DNA of 63,900 nucleotides, counting the filler, from Hausera hauseri (taxonomy: Eukaryota): assembly GCA_046269625.1 (NCBI GenBank). It is 12 parts of 12 records of this genome, joined end to end, with 100 filler letters (N's around TTAATTAATTAA, not from the genome) between each part and the next. Parts side by side here need not be neighbours in the genome. Positions count along the whole stretch, not along the records: positions 22,904 to 26,910 come from JBJURY010824417.1; positions 27,011 to 31,245 come from JBJURY010684328.1; positions 31,346 to 36,482 come from JBJURY010324272.1; positions 36,583 to 40,655 come from JBJURY010222185.1; 8 more parts are not named here. One strand, 5' to 3'. The notes under the pieces are model-generated. The model was not told the DNA's origin. It saw nothing but the letters and a program-made list of their open reading frames with translations, and ran no database searches. Each line of letters opens with the position of its first letter. Within the stretch, counting starts at the first letter, position 1. The translations under genes and the position numbers were made by a program. Positions 26,321-38,093 of the stretch are shown piece by piece.

Positions 26321-26555
26321 TCAAACCCATTCGAATTCAATGACAAGCAACAATACGTTTACATCTCACTGTCACGGTAACAATCAGATTTTTTACACAC
26401 TATCCGGTATTCCAGTCGAATGCATCGCATTGCAGCTCGAATTCTGTCAGAAACGCGGTTTGTAGCAGGTCAGAATAATCATCACTATTAAGGATCGTCA
26501 AAACCATTTCATGAAAAAGACATTTTTAAATTTGAAACTTCTTTGTTCGGCATAA

Positions 26556-26910
26556 AATGACAACAGCAGTAACAAAAAACGAGGTAGGCTCCTGCGCCGG
26601 TTTACTGAAGGAAGGCTAGTGCCAGAAAATGTTACAGAAAAGTGCAGGTCAGAAGGAAGAAAAGTACAACTGAAATCCAATTTCACAAATTTTAAGTTAG
26701 CATTAGAAAGTCCGTTTCATATGTATGACGTCAAAATCGAAAATAAAACTTTAAGAACAAAGCTTGAACCTTTTACTTAGTTATCAGCAAAAGTAGCAAA
26801 TGGACAGTCATTTTGTTATGACGGTCGTCGGTTGTTTACCACCACGAAATGGAATCAGACGGATATTGAAACGTTTACAGTAAATGATGTGCAAATATCA
26901 TTGAGATTGT
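26556..26910 (+). pseudogene. PIWI/Argonaute N-terminal domain fragment with in-frame stop, cut by the contig end
   Basis: RLVPENVTEKCRSEGRKVQLKSNFTNFKL...FHMYDVKIE...PFT*LSA...FCYDGRRLFTTTK matches the Argonaute N-domain pattern G..(I/V).L..N.F...Y.V...(Y/F)DG..LF; TAG at 26778-26780. Confidence 0.65.
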
Positions 26911-27083
26911 NNNNNNNNNNNNNNNNNNNNNNNNNNNNNNNNNNNNNNNNNNNNTTAATTAATTAANNNNNNNNNNNNNNNNNNNNNNNNNNNNNNNNNN
27001 NNNNNNNNNNAGATACTGGGATCGTTGAGTAGTGGTCAACAGTCGGATTATTTTAATGTGTCCTCCACTCATCAATTCTATAA

Positions 27084-28082
27084 TTAATTTAAATCGGCTT
27101 TCCACGGTCGGCGGTAGATAACCTTTTTTTCCTTGACTTTGATTTCCATTTGTTCCATTACAGTTGGATGAGTTTCTATCTCTCTTATTCCGGCTATGTG
27201 TGTTACTGGTATCTTAAATTTCTCTATCATTCTCTCTACTTGATACCCCACTATGACGTAACCGTATAGACAATGTTCTGCTTCCTCTTGCATTAATTTG
27301 GAATCTTTTCCTTAAATTAACTGTTCCCTTTTTAGTCCGGTTACTTCCGCATAGGTTTCCTGTACTTTCTTTCTTGGGTTAATGATTTTTGAATAGACTT
27401 TGGCCCCGTTTATTTCTCGTATAGATATTTCAATTGGGATATAATTTCCTTCGTCTCCTTCCCCATAATTTATCACGACAATTCTGATATTCCTGTCATC
27501 TGTTACTAGTCTATTTGAGTGTAGATGTGCGTTTTGTTCTTCTTCAGTGGGCCTTTGTCTGAACTCTAATGGCGGCAATGAAATGGTTGTTGTTTCCTCT
27601 TTGGTTATTTCAACCATTAGTTTCACGGATAAGGCAGCTATGCGAAATTCCAACTCATAGTTGTGGTCGAGGAAATCCTTGCTATTAAATACGAAGGTGC
27701 TATATCTACTTTGTCTACCTTGAAATGAGTCCCATTTTTGGTCCTTCAACCGATAATAAATTTCTCCGTCGGCTAGGTCTATGAATAATTTCTGTTCCTT
27801 GTCGATCTTGTAGTGGGCTAGCTTGCGTACATCATATGCTTTCGCATCTCCATCTTCTCGCCATGCATATAAATAAATGGTCCTAGCTTCTTCCGTAGTT
27901 CCCTTAAGACTATTCGGAATGTTATTGACTTTTTCGTATTGGATGAAGGTTTTCCCTTGTAATTCCGTGTTGATCTGCCTGTAAATAGATTTGGAATTTG
28001 GAATCCGGACGGTCACGTATTGTTGCAAGAATCTGTCGATACTGAATCGGCTCGTGTTCATATTGATTTGGTTACTTACCAA
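27084..28082 (-). pseudogene. Accessory ORF with catalytically dead DEDDh (REX4/ISG20-like) exonuclease domain
   Basis: IRIVVINYG...IEISIREINGAKVYSKIINPRKKVQETYAEVTGLKREQL...QEEAEHCLYGYVIVGY follows the REX4/ISG20 pattern but lacks the ExoI D-x-E. Confidence 0.6.
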
Positions 28083-28181
28083 TCTGAAAAAGAAAACATA
28101 AAAGTTAATCTTAAAACAAAGTAGGGCTTTAAACCAAAACCAAGTCTTTGTTTGATGACAGAATAACCTGATCTGTAATTA

Positions 28182-29596
28182 TTAGGTTATTTTATCATAC
28201 GGGTGTACAGGATTTTCCAATCCCCTTAATTCCCATTCTAATCTTTTAGGACGCTTAGAATAATGATTTTTGGCAACTAATCGAAAAACCGCAATTAATA
28301 TAATGAGGACAAACGTTGATAGTACTGCAATGGATACAATCGGTAAGACGGTTAATCCTAGCGGTGCTTTGGTAGTCACTGGAGTTGCAATTTCGTCGTC
28401 CCTATCCGCATATAAGTTCGGCTCTACACGAATTTCGTCTAGGGTACGTAATGTGATAGTTTGGTTTTGCTTATTCTCTGCATGCACTTGTACTATGTAT
28501 TCCGATTGTGGTTTTAGTAAATTGTACTTTGTTTTTTACATGTAGTTTTAAATAATGTTACAATTTGATTATTATACGTTGTTCGACAACTTATGTGTAT
28601 ATCTCAATTTTGTTTCCTTTCTACAAAAAAACACGATTTTAAATCGGTGTACCGAATATCTAATAGGTACGCTTTTCAACTTTGCTTTAGGTATGTTGCT
28701 CGCCGCCTCAATTCGGGTAGTTGGGCTAACCTTAGTGGTTGACTCTTTGGTCGTGGTTTCCACCAAAAATTTCCAAATTCTTTTTTCTTGATAGTAAGTT
28801 CGTAATTGTATACTTGGTTTATTGGGTCGTACCTCGTATAAGTCGAACTTTATTTTGAACTCCTGGTTTGTGGGTAGTTTGCAACAGGGGTGTTGTACAT
28901 CTTCACGAATAGAACAATACCCTATCTTCGGGGTTGGTCCTTTTATTGCTTCGAAGGGGATACTACTTTCTCGACTGACCGTCAGTTCTGTCTGGGCGTC
29001 TATTTGGATGCATCGTTTTCCCTTGTTTACAGAGATTCTCTGGATATTTTCATCTAATAGTTTTATATCGGGGTCAGTGGATAGTAACATTTCATTAGGA
29101 TTTATTCCATAATGTCTGTTCCACGCAGGGATGACTAATTGGAATTGTGGCTTTGTTTCGATGTAAACTTCGGTCGAGTCAGGTAGATATAGGCGATAAG
29201 TAAGATCATAAGTGCGTCCAAAATCTATGTCGCAACACTGCATATAGTCTCTCGGTTCTAAATCGCAATTTTTCACTTCTTTTTTGTTACATCATGTAAG
29301 GCAATTTGAAATCTTCCGAAATCGTGGTGTTGCCTCCAAACCTTAAATCCGACACATACGGAATGTGGTGAGAAATAATGGATTGTCATTGACTGCAATA
29401 ATTTAATATCTTTTCGTTTTTCAACTTCTTCCGGGGTTAATCCTTTCTTATCTGGTTTGTTCCTCGCCTTTATTCCACTTTTCCGAATTCCGTTTACATC
29501 TCTTAGCGTAGATTCATCGTGCCACCATTGAGTTTGTGTTCTCGGAATATAATAAGCAATTAACAATAATGCTAAAACTATTTGAACGTACGATAT
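28182..29596 (-). pseudogene. Type-I membrane protein (signal peptide, two Cys modules, Thr-rich linker, FN3-like domain, TM) fused in frame after integrase
   Basis: Signal-like ISYVQIVLALLLIAYYIPRTQT (29596-29531) in the GPY-containing ORF; CDLEPRDYMQCC and CSIREDVQHPCC; FN3-like YNLLKPQSEYIVQVHAEN; TM IVSIAVLSTFVLIILIAVF. Confidence 0.65.
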
Positions 29597-32500
29597 CGGT
29601 CTAGCAATTATTGAAGAAACTTTTAACTCGCGTTGGCGTAAATTATAACGTTTACTGGGCCGTATCTCTGTCTTGACAACTCTTTGTACTGACACGACTT
29701 CTTTCTTTCCATTTTTGTTGATATATACTGTGGTTGGCGTCGCTCTGGTAACTTCGTACGGTCCTCTGCCTGTACGAGTCAATTTTAGTGAGGTATCTTT
29801 CTTGGCTACTGGATAATGTAGATAAACCCAATTTCCCAGTTCCAAATCATGTGGTTTCGCTTTCTTATCATACTGATTTTTAAACTTCTCCTGATATTAT
29901 TGAGATAACGCCTTAGCGATTTCCCAACACTTTTTCAACCGCATCTGTAGCACTTCTGCAAAATTTTGTTCTAAGTCTTCGGGATTGACCGTGTATGGCG
30001 TCATTCCTAAATCCGTGGGTAACACGGTTCACGTCCATACATCGTGAAAATGGTGTAAATCCTGTTGCTGGATGTGGAGTGGTATTAATAGCAAACTGAG
30101 TTCCTTCTAAAAATTCGTCCCAATCTTTTTGGTCCTTCGCTACTACTGTTGATAGTATGAGTATGACGGTAGCATTCATCCGTTCGACCATTCCATTACA
30201 GTGAGGGTGATATGCGGTGGTATAAATCATGTTCCGACGTTAGCACTTTGGTTCGTAAACTTTTTGGAATAACTATCAATTTCCTTCCTTTCCGTTTGTA
30301 ATATAAATTATCCTCATTGCTCTTGCCATTTAAGACGCAGTATTAATGTCCATGTCTGTGTAAATGTTTCTTTAACTGTCGTCCCTTTGGTATGATATCT
30401 TTTTTAGCAAATTCTATAATCTGCTGAATAATTTTATCCTTTCTTTGTTCTGAGAGGATTTTAATTTCTTTATCCAGTGTTAAGGCACGTTGGCGATCTA
30501 CTATTGCTTCAAGTTGGCTTTTCTTCATTACCGTGATTGCGCTTGTTTTAGTCTTTAATCTCGATAGTGCATCGGCATCTACATGTTTATTTCCTAGCTT
30601 ATACTGGAATTCGATATTGTATCTCGATATTTCTTCAATCCATCGTTAAGTCTGCATGTCGAATTATTTGCCCGGCCTTTTAAGGTGGTAACGGCCTTGT
30701 GATCAGTGACAATTATAATTTTCTGTACGTATACGTAAACGTTGAAGTGGCGAAGTGCTTCTTTTACGGCTAGAGTTTCTAATTCTGTAACAGAATAATT
30801 TTTTTCGGCCTTCTTCAAGGAACGTCCTCCATAAGCAGCAGGATGTTCTAATTTTTTATCTTCTTTTTTCTGCGCTAACTCATATTCAATACCTTCTTTA
30901 TTGGCGTCTGTCTTGATTATAAAGCGTAAGTTAAAGTCTGGGTACCGTAAAACAGGTTTACTTGTTAATATCTTCTTCATCTCATCAAAAGCTTTCTGTT
31001 CGACGTCTGTCCATTTCCATTTATTCCCTTTTTTAAGTAGCCGATATAAACGTTCATTAATTTTCGAATTATCTGGCACATAGGTTGCGTAATATCCGCA
31101 TAGTCCTAGCCAGGGACTTAACTCTTTTTGGTTTTGTGGTGCCATGCAATCTGATATTTTGTTTAATAATGATTTATCTGGTTTCGATCCTCCTTCTCCA
31201 ACTATATGGCCAGGGTAGGATACTGCGTTCTGGGCCCATTTGCATNNNNNNNNNNNNNNNNNNNNNNNNNNNNNNNNNNNNNNNNNNNNTTAATTAATTA
31301 ANNNNNNNNNNNNNNNNNNNNNNNNNNNNNNNNNNNNNNNNNNNNCAAGTGTTGGGAAATAGCCAAGGAATTATCCAGGGAATAGCAATAACAATATAAA
31401 GGGCAATATGACAAAAAGGCTAAACCACACGACCTAGAACCAGGAAATTGGTTTTATGTACATTACCCAGTAGCAAAGAAATGCACGTCTCTTAAACTCA
31501 CCAGAACAGGCAGAGGACCTTACGAGGTTACCAAAACCACACCAACCACAGTTTATATAAACGAAAATGGCAAGAAGGAATTCATATAAGCCAGAGAGTA
31601 GTCAAAACGGAAATAAGGCCAAGTAAGCTTTATAATCTGCGTTCGGGAAAAGCAAAATTGGATTATACGAACAAAGAAAAGAAAACGTCGTCGATAGTGA
31701 TTAGACCAATATCGTATGTACAAACAGTCCTCACCTTATCGTTAATCGCTTCGTATATACCAAAGACAAGGTCGATAACCCTAACCGAAAAACTACAATA
31801 TGCGACAAGACGAAAGGATATGCAAAACTTACAGTCACGATATGGATTGGAGCAAACCATGTGCATGGCTTGAAGCAAGTGAACCTATTCAGAGTCATGT
31901 AAAATTTCAAATAATATTAAGATCCACGATGAAAACATGCGATTTCCCGTACGGAGCTCATAGGAAATGTTGTAATTTGGAACATACCGATACAAATTTC
32001 AAACGTTCTATTATAATCAGTCCGGAGCTCAAGCCTATATAATTACTGAATTCTTAATAAGAATGCCTCAACGAAATGACACGAATCGAGCGAAGACGGA
32101 TAAAATAATCCAAAATACTGACCCATTTAAAAGCTCTTAGATTATACTATTATTGGGATTTCCAAAGACTTAAAGAACCAATGTATTCGAATTGAGACCA
32201 AAATAGAACTGCTAGGAGACAGACAAATTTCTGTCCGATTTATACTACTGAACGCCTCGGTTCCTATTCCGGTGTATTGTTATATTGCACAACGGCGGTT
32301 TACTGCGTTCTGTAGATTACAGTTAGGACACAACTACCAGTTACAGTTCGATCAGTACAACACTTAACCTAAAGAATCGAGTACTCACTTACGAGGATAC
32401 CACCCAAAAATCGGAATATGGAAGCTTCCGTTTCCAACCACTACGAGGAAACCTTACATTGTTCCAAGTACAACTCTCACTACTGCGATCGTCACTTCGG

Positions 32501-33107
32501 ATGAAATGATCGAAAAAAAACTAGGGAGCATACCGGTTAAGATTTTGGCAAAAGTAATAAAATTCTATTTTACGCTGAAGAAACCTTAAATCAAGACGTC
32601 AAAATTGAATGACGCACCCTGCACACCAATCAAATTATAATCCTAAGAAAGAATAGTCAGGAAACCGAATGAAAATCATTACGACCGCAGCATAACTATC
32701 TAATCCGAATCACCGCGAAAGGTAATAAACTTTAAATTTTTATAGTACGAACTCTTGACAACAAAATTGAGGTAATGCGGTATGAAGATCTTAGTACTCA
32801 AAATGCGTTTACTACGAAGGGTTCTATTGAGCCAAACAATTTAACAAAAATAGGTATATTTAGTTTGTCAATTTTCGTTCTTGTCACATTAACGGCGATG
32901 ATTTACCTAGCTTCCAAAAATTGTAATAAACGCGGTGAAAATCGAAATGGAGATAAACGGGTGAAAGGGTGCCGAGACGGACTTTATGATAGCATAACCT
33001 AACAATTACAGATCAGGTTATCCTGTCATCAGACAAAGAAAATTTTTTGCTTCAAAACGATAATCTGTCTTAGGACTGACATTTATTTTTATTTTAGCAG
33101 AATAAGT

Positions 33108-35569
33108 ATGGCCGAAAAGGCGAAGAATTCAGCAATCACCTCCAGTCGTGACATAGACGATTTCCTGCAACAACATGTAACAGCCCTCAAGCCAACATCT
33201 AAAAGCTTATATCGCCAAATTGAAGAAAATCTGAAAAACAAAACATACGTTGAAATCGATCAGGAAAGTAAAATACCAATTGGGTTGAAATGGGGTTTAG
33301 AGGAAAATCGACTGATTCGGTTATACGTAATGCGAAGCTTCAGAGATGCACGAGCATACCTCTTGAGAGATATGATTCCATATGAACCGACACATCAGCA
33401 ATTGTACATACATGTCGCTGATGTAGAAATTCAGCACAGGATCGTAGGAAAATCCTGGAGCACAAAAAAGGGACAACAATGGAAATTTAGCACTTATGAG
33501 TTATGTTGCTATAGTCTTATGAACTATGCCTTGGAATTCAGAATCGCAGAACTTCCAACCAAACTCATGTTCGAAATGACCTGGCGGACAGAAGTAATGA
33601 GACCGCTACCACCATTACTATGCATACAAAATCCTTCAGAATATGAGATAGAACAGAATGGAAAATTTTAAAGGCTAGTTCCAGACGGCCGAAACACTTG
33701 AATTTTAGCCGTGAACTATGGAAAAAAGGATGACGTATGGTATACACCAATCGAAGTTTCTATCCAAAGTACTAAGGGGGAAGAACTTATAAACAAAATA
33801 CTTGCAACTAGTACTATGGTGAAGGATACCTTTCCCGATGTTACCGGAATTATGAAAGTGCAACTCGAAAAAGGGAAAGATTCCTTGGAAATCCAGGAAG
33901 ATAAAAGCCATTGCTATATGGATGTATTGTAACCGGATTTCGAGTACACAAAATGTTAGAAAGACTAGGAGTTAGACAAGACTATATAGCCGGAATTAGT
34001 GAACTGGGTCGAAATCCAGCGGTTTTAAGCCAAGTAGAAAACACCTTAATGAAGAAAAGAGGATGCCTTCTTCCGTCAGCATTACGTGAATAACTGTTCA
34101 AAATTATGCTAGAATCCATGAATGGTGAGCGATTCAGATTTCCTAAATTGATGTCAACTAGTCAACGAACGAGGCTTATAAAAGATATTTATGCCTCACT
34201 ACGAACGGAACATGAGTGGAAACCTAGGAACCCTACACAAAATGTGATGCCAGACAACAATCCAAGAATTTTATTACAAAAATTCCGAAAAGTATTTAAC
34301 AAATACCCAACATATAGACAAGTTGAGCCTCAAGGACACAACAGATGTCAAGTAACCGTTCACAACAGCTCAGTTAGAACGGCCTGCACCCAACACAAAC
34401 CGTCTACCAGCTAAGCTCGAAATGAAATGGAAATGGTCCTCAAAAGAACAATATAAAGTCTAAAACCGAATATCAGAAAAGTTCTAAGAGGACAAAAGAT
34501 GAAAACTTCCTTTTTGGAGTACATTAGCAAGAAGAGAAGTAAAACCAGTAAGAACCTGAACGAAGAAATGAAACCATCTGCTAACCTTCTCACGCTCTAC
34601 GAACAAGCAAACGGATCTAAGGACGAACCCAAAATAGCGGAAGTCGAAAATTCCGACGACATCAAGATGAGAACTGCTGATACAAAGCCCCGTAAGACAG
34701 AAGTAAACGTTCTTCGGAAGAATTGGGAAGAAGATGAACCGATCATAGTCATGGAATTTGGCCAAGTAAAGGAATATACCAGAATGCTCGTCATGGCCGA
34801 ATATTACAGCAAAGGCAAGATCAAGGAAACCGTATTCTACGTATCCACTGTTCCTAGGAGAATCGTAAGTGGGAATGGATACGCTCGGGAGGACATAACC
34901 ATTGGCAAATACTTAGTCCCAATATTCCAGTCGAAAAACGGTACAAATAGATTAACCATTCCGGTAGATACCCAAGTCCGAATACAATTAAAAAGGCAAT
35001 ATAAGAAAACCGGAATACCAGACTTAGACCAACAAGAAATCGTTGAATGGACGTTAGTCACCGTGTCAGATAACCCCAAGAAAAGCTCTATAGATCCGAA
35101 ACAAAAACGACTATATGGATACCTATATCAAGATAAAAAGGGACTAGTATTTGAACGAATAGAAGTTGACGAAAACCTCGTAGACATAGACGAAGGGGCG
35201 AAAGAAGAGTGCCTTGTTTGTGATGCCAATCTCTACCAAGGATTCGTAGTGTTGGATAATAAAGACTGTACCCACAAGTACTGCCGGTACCGTTTAGAAA
35301 CGTGGACCCTTAAAAATGGGAGGACGACCTGCCCCGTATGTAGAGCTGAGGCCAAAAGACTGAGGTATTACGTCAATGGAATAAATAAAAAGGTAGTGGA
35401 GATATTGCCCCAAAAACCCACTACATCCTACCACTTTGACCCGCAATCACCGCAAGACGAATCGTATTCGGAAGCGGACCTACGTGAACGAATGAACCGA
35501 TTACGCGGCACCTCTTCTGACGGAGTGGGCATATCCGAGAGTGCCGTTCAGGGAGGAGAAATGTTGTAA
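33108..35569 (+). pseudogene. ~820-aa accessory ORF: unknown N-domain, dead DEDDh domain (~33680-34220), unknown domain, C3HC4 RING finger
   Basis: ORFs 33108 and 33711 share one frame; 33911, 34106 and 34499 share a second, so one frameshift plus a few stops. RING CLVC...CTHKYCRYR...W...CPVCR (one Cys lost) at ~35210-35345. Confidence 0.7.
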
Positions 35570-36039
35570 GAGATAGATTAAAGAAACTATGTACAAAGTG
35601 TAAATAACCACAAACGAAAGCGAAACTAGAAATGGAAATTGAAACTGAATTAGTGTTAATTCCAAATGCAATCGATGTAATTATTTAGACACAGAAATCT
35701 GATAGAAAATTGCATGCAAATCAGCAGAGAAATAGGAATTCCAGTCACCAGAAATTAAATAAAAAAAGAAATTCTGAACAAATTGCATGAAATTCTCTCT
35801 CACCGAAAACTCAGTCGCTATTAGACGTATAAATACTGCAGCTTAATGTACAAGAGGGAGAGTGATACACTGTCGCGAAATTTAATTCAGTAGCTGAAGA
35901 AAAGACTTAAACCGACTTGATATTGATTGATTCTTGTGCTGATATTCTACTGTTATTGAGTATATTTTATTTGTTAATAAATTGCCTTGTTTCAATTTGC
36001 ATAGTTTTCCGTCGCTCCTTACGAGGATCTAGTACTACA
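35562..36039 (+). repeat. 3' LTR of family B (~478 bp)
   Basis: Preceded by purine tract AGGGAGGAGAAA; TGTTGTA...TACTACA termini (6/7 inverted match); TATAAATA at ~35828 and AATAAA at ~35975 in the expected order. Confidence 0.7.
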
Positions 36040-36582
36040 TTAAAGTTAAACTGAAATTAAACTTCATAGCTAAGTCGAGAATTTTCTAAACTACGCAAGG
36101 CACAGCACGCAGTACACGCATCCTAAACTAGTGCAAACATTCTAACGAGAACGTTGGAACTTATCTGCTAAACCAATATTGTTAAAACTGAGTTTCATAA
36201 TTGTTATAGTTGGGTGTTGAATAGGACCCACTTTCAACTACTGACGTGTTCTTTTAATTATCGATTTATGGTGGTTTATTCACGCAATTAATATCATCTA
36301 ATATTTGGCGTATAGTCTGTGATCACTCATGCAATTGTTAATTAGACTAATCCGTTTTAGATTGACAGAACTTTTTCGTAGCACTATACAAAGAATATTA
36401 AAAAACACTGATTCGAGAAAAGAAGCGAATTTTTTGACAAAGTTCAAAATTCCTATTAGTAGTTGGGGAGACTTGAACATCTNNNNNNNNNNNNNNNNNN
36501 NNNNNNNNNNNNNNNNNNNNNNNNNNTTAATTAATTAANNNNNNNNNNNNNNNNNNNNNNNNNNNNNNNNNNNNNNNNNNNN

Positions 36583-37534
36583 AGCGGCCTGTGTGAGCCG
36601 CGTAGTAGCGCACCGGGACAGGCAGCTTGCCCCGCCCAGCGATGTCGATGAACCGCTGTGTGCGGGTCTCCTCGAGCGTAGACTTCACCCCGAGCCGTGC
36701 GGCAGCCAGCGCCTGCACCTGCGGGTCGTCATCTTCCAGCAGGTCCTTCATGCCCTGATCGCTCTTAGCCAGTGCGTAGGTCATGTTGCCCGTGGTGGGG
36801 CTGATCTTCATGGGGCAGGGCACCCCGAACTTACCGAGCAGTGCGGCAAACTTCGGGTTCGACATGAGGTCGGCCTTGTCCTCGACGCCAGCAGACTTGA
36901 GCAGGTCTTCCTTCATCATCTGCGTCTTACTGAGGTGCTCCTCGAGCCGCTCCCGGTCCAGCTCCAACGTAGGCTCAGTGAACATACGCAGGGTCAGGTC
37001 GATCAGCTTGAGCTCCGACTTCGGGAACCCCCGAGACAGCATGATGTTGAAGATGTCGTAGGTCAGGTCTACGTCATTGACACAGTAGCGCCCGTAGGCC
37101 GACAGCTCTTCCGGCGTGAAGTCGTTGCGGCGTTTCCCCTTGGCGTCCAGCACCTCGGTGCCTTTCTCCCCTACCCCGTAGTTTTCGGCGAGAGCCTTGA
37201 GGCTGGCACTCTTCTCGACGCCGTGGATCGCACGAGCCATGCAGAGCGTATCGAACAGCACCTTCGGACGGATGCCGAACCGCCAAGACATGATCGCACC
37301 ATCGAACATCATGTTGTGCGCCAGCACCGCAGAGTTGGCCCAGTCGTATGATGCCAGTGCTTGCTTGATCGCACCGTGCGTCCCGGTGATCCACGCAGTC
37401 TCGCCGTCGTTGACCTTCACCCCCACCCCAATGACTTGGAAGCGAGGGTCACGGATATATTCTTCCGTGGTGATCTTAGACAGCGAGTAGTCTTTGTCGT
37501 AGTAGGTCTCCGTGTCTATAGTAATTACGTCCAT
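36583..37534 (-). CDS. Phage family-A DNA polymerase, N-terminal part (3'-5' exonuclease + start of polymerase domain), truncated by contig end
   Basis: ExoI IDTET, ExoII AHNMMFDG, ExoIII YCVNDV, phage PolA motifs KSTLEETRTQRF and YYAAHTGR. Confidence 0.9.
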
Positions 37535-38082
37535 CAGAGAAAATTCCTACCCTTGTTGATTTCAAGCAGGTGCTTAGCCTGAGAGATTGCATCGTCGAGG
37601 GCGTTGTGGTGCGTACCGCTACGTTCCATAGGAACGTCAGGATACATGGATTTCACGGTGCGGTAGCACCGATCCTTCCAGAAGGGCCACGGTGGCGTCA
37701 TACCCACACGCTTGTAGGTTTCGGCGAGGATCGTGTTATCGAAGCTCGCACCGTTGCCCCATACACCGTCCAGCATCAAATCCACGGCGTCCGAACCGCC
37801 GCTTACCTCGCTAAACCATGCGTCGAGTTTGAGCAGTGCGGTCACCACTTCTACACCTTTGGTATCAAAGGCGGCACGTGCTTCGCTGCTTTGCTTCATC
37901 CACCACAGAACCGTGCTCGGGTCGATCTTTGCGCCGGTGGTAACCGCGCTCTGCAGGTCCACGTTCAGATAAAAGTGTTGCCACTTCCAGTCCGGGTCCA
38001 CGTCAAAAGACACAGCCCCGATGGCGATAATCGGTGCGTCCGGGCGGGTTCCCATAGTCTCAAGGTCGATCATGATGTGCAT
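37534..38082 (-). CDS. DEDDh 3'-5' exonuclease (Rv2179c/exonuclease VIII-like)
   Basis: MIDLETMG...IIAIGAV...WGNGASFDNTIL...DRCYRT...HHNALDDA. Confidence 0.9.
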   Translation of the reverse strand: MHIMIDLETMGTRPDAPIIAIGAVSFDVDPDWKWQHFYLNVDLQSAVTTGAKIDPSTVLWWMKQSSEARAAFDTKGVEVVTALLKLDAWFSEVSGGSDAVDLMLDGVWGNGASFDNTILAETYKRVGMTPPWPFWKDRCYRTVKSMYPDVPMERSGTHHNALDDAISQAKHLLEINKGRNFL

Positions 38083-38093
38083 GATGGTTCTCC

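Larger units (their letters stand above)
27011..31245 (-). mobile_element. Family B Ty3/gypsy element, middle part: RT end-RH-IN(GPY)-membrane protein 2-accessory ORF
   Basis: WLGLCGYY, IIKTDAN, YSVTELETLAV, VTDHKA, TTAYHPHCNGMVERMN, GRGPYEV; near-identical in RT/RH to 57676-58265. Confidence 0.9.
31346..36039 (+). mobile_element. Family B element, 3' part: IN C-terminus-membrane protein 2-accessory ORF (dead exonuclease + RING)-PPT-3' LTR
   Basis: Collinear homology with 27011-29930 (GRGPYEV, RPISYVQTVLTLSLIASYIP, IDDFLQQHVT, ALEFRIAEL). Confidence 0.85.

Noticed and set aside
27011-36039. Adjacent inverted arrangement of two family B copies
   Set aside because: Separated by a linker; relative orientation and adjacency are arbitrary.
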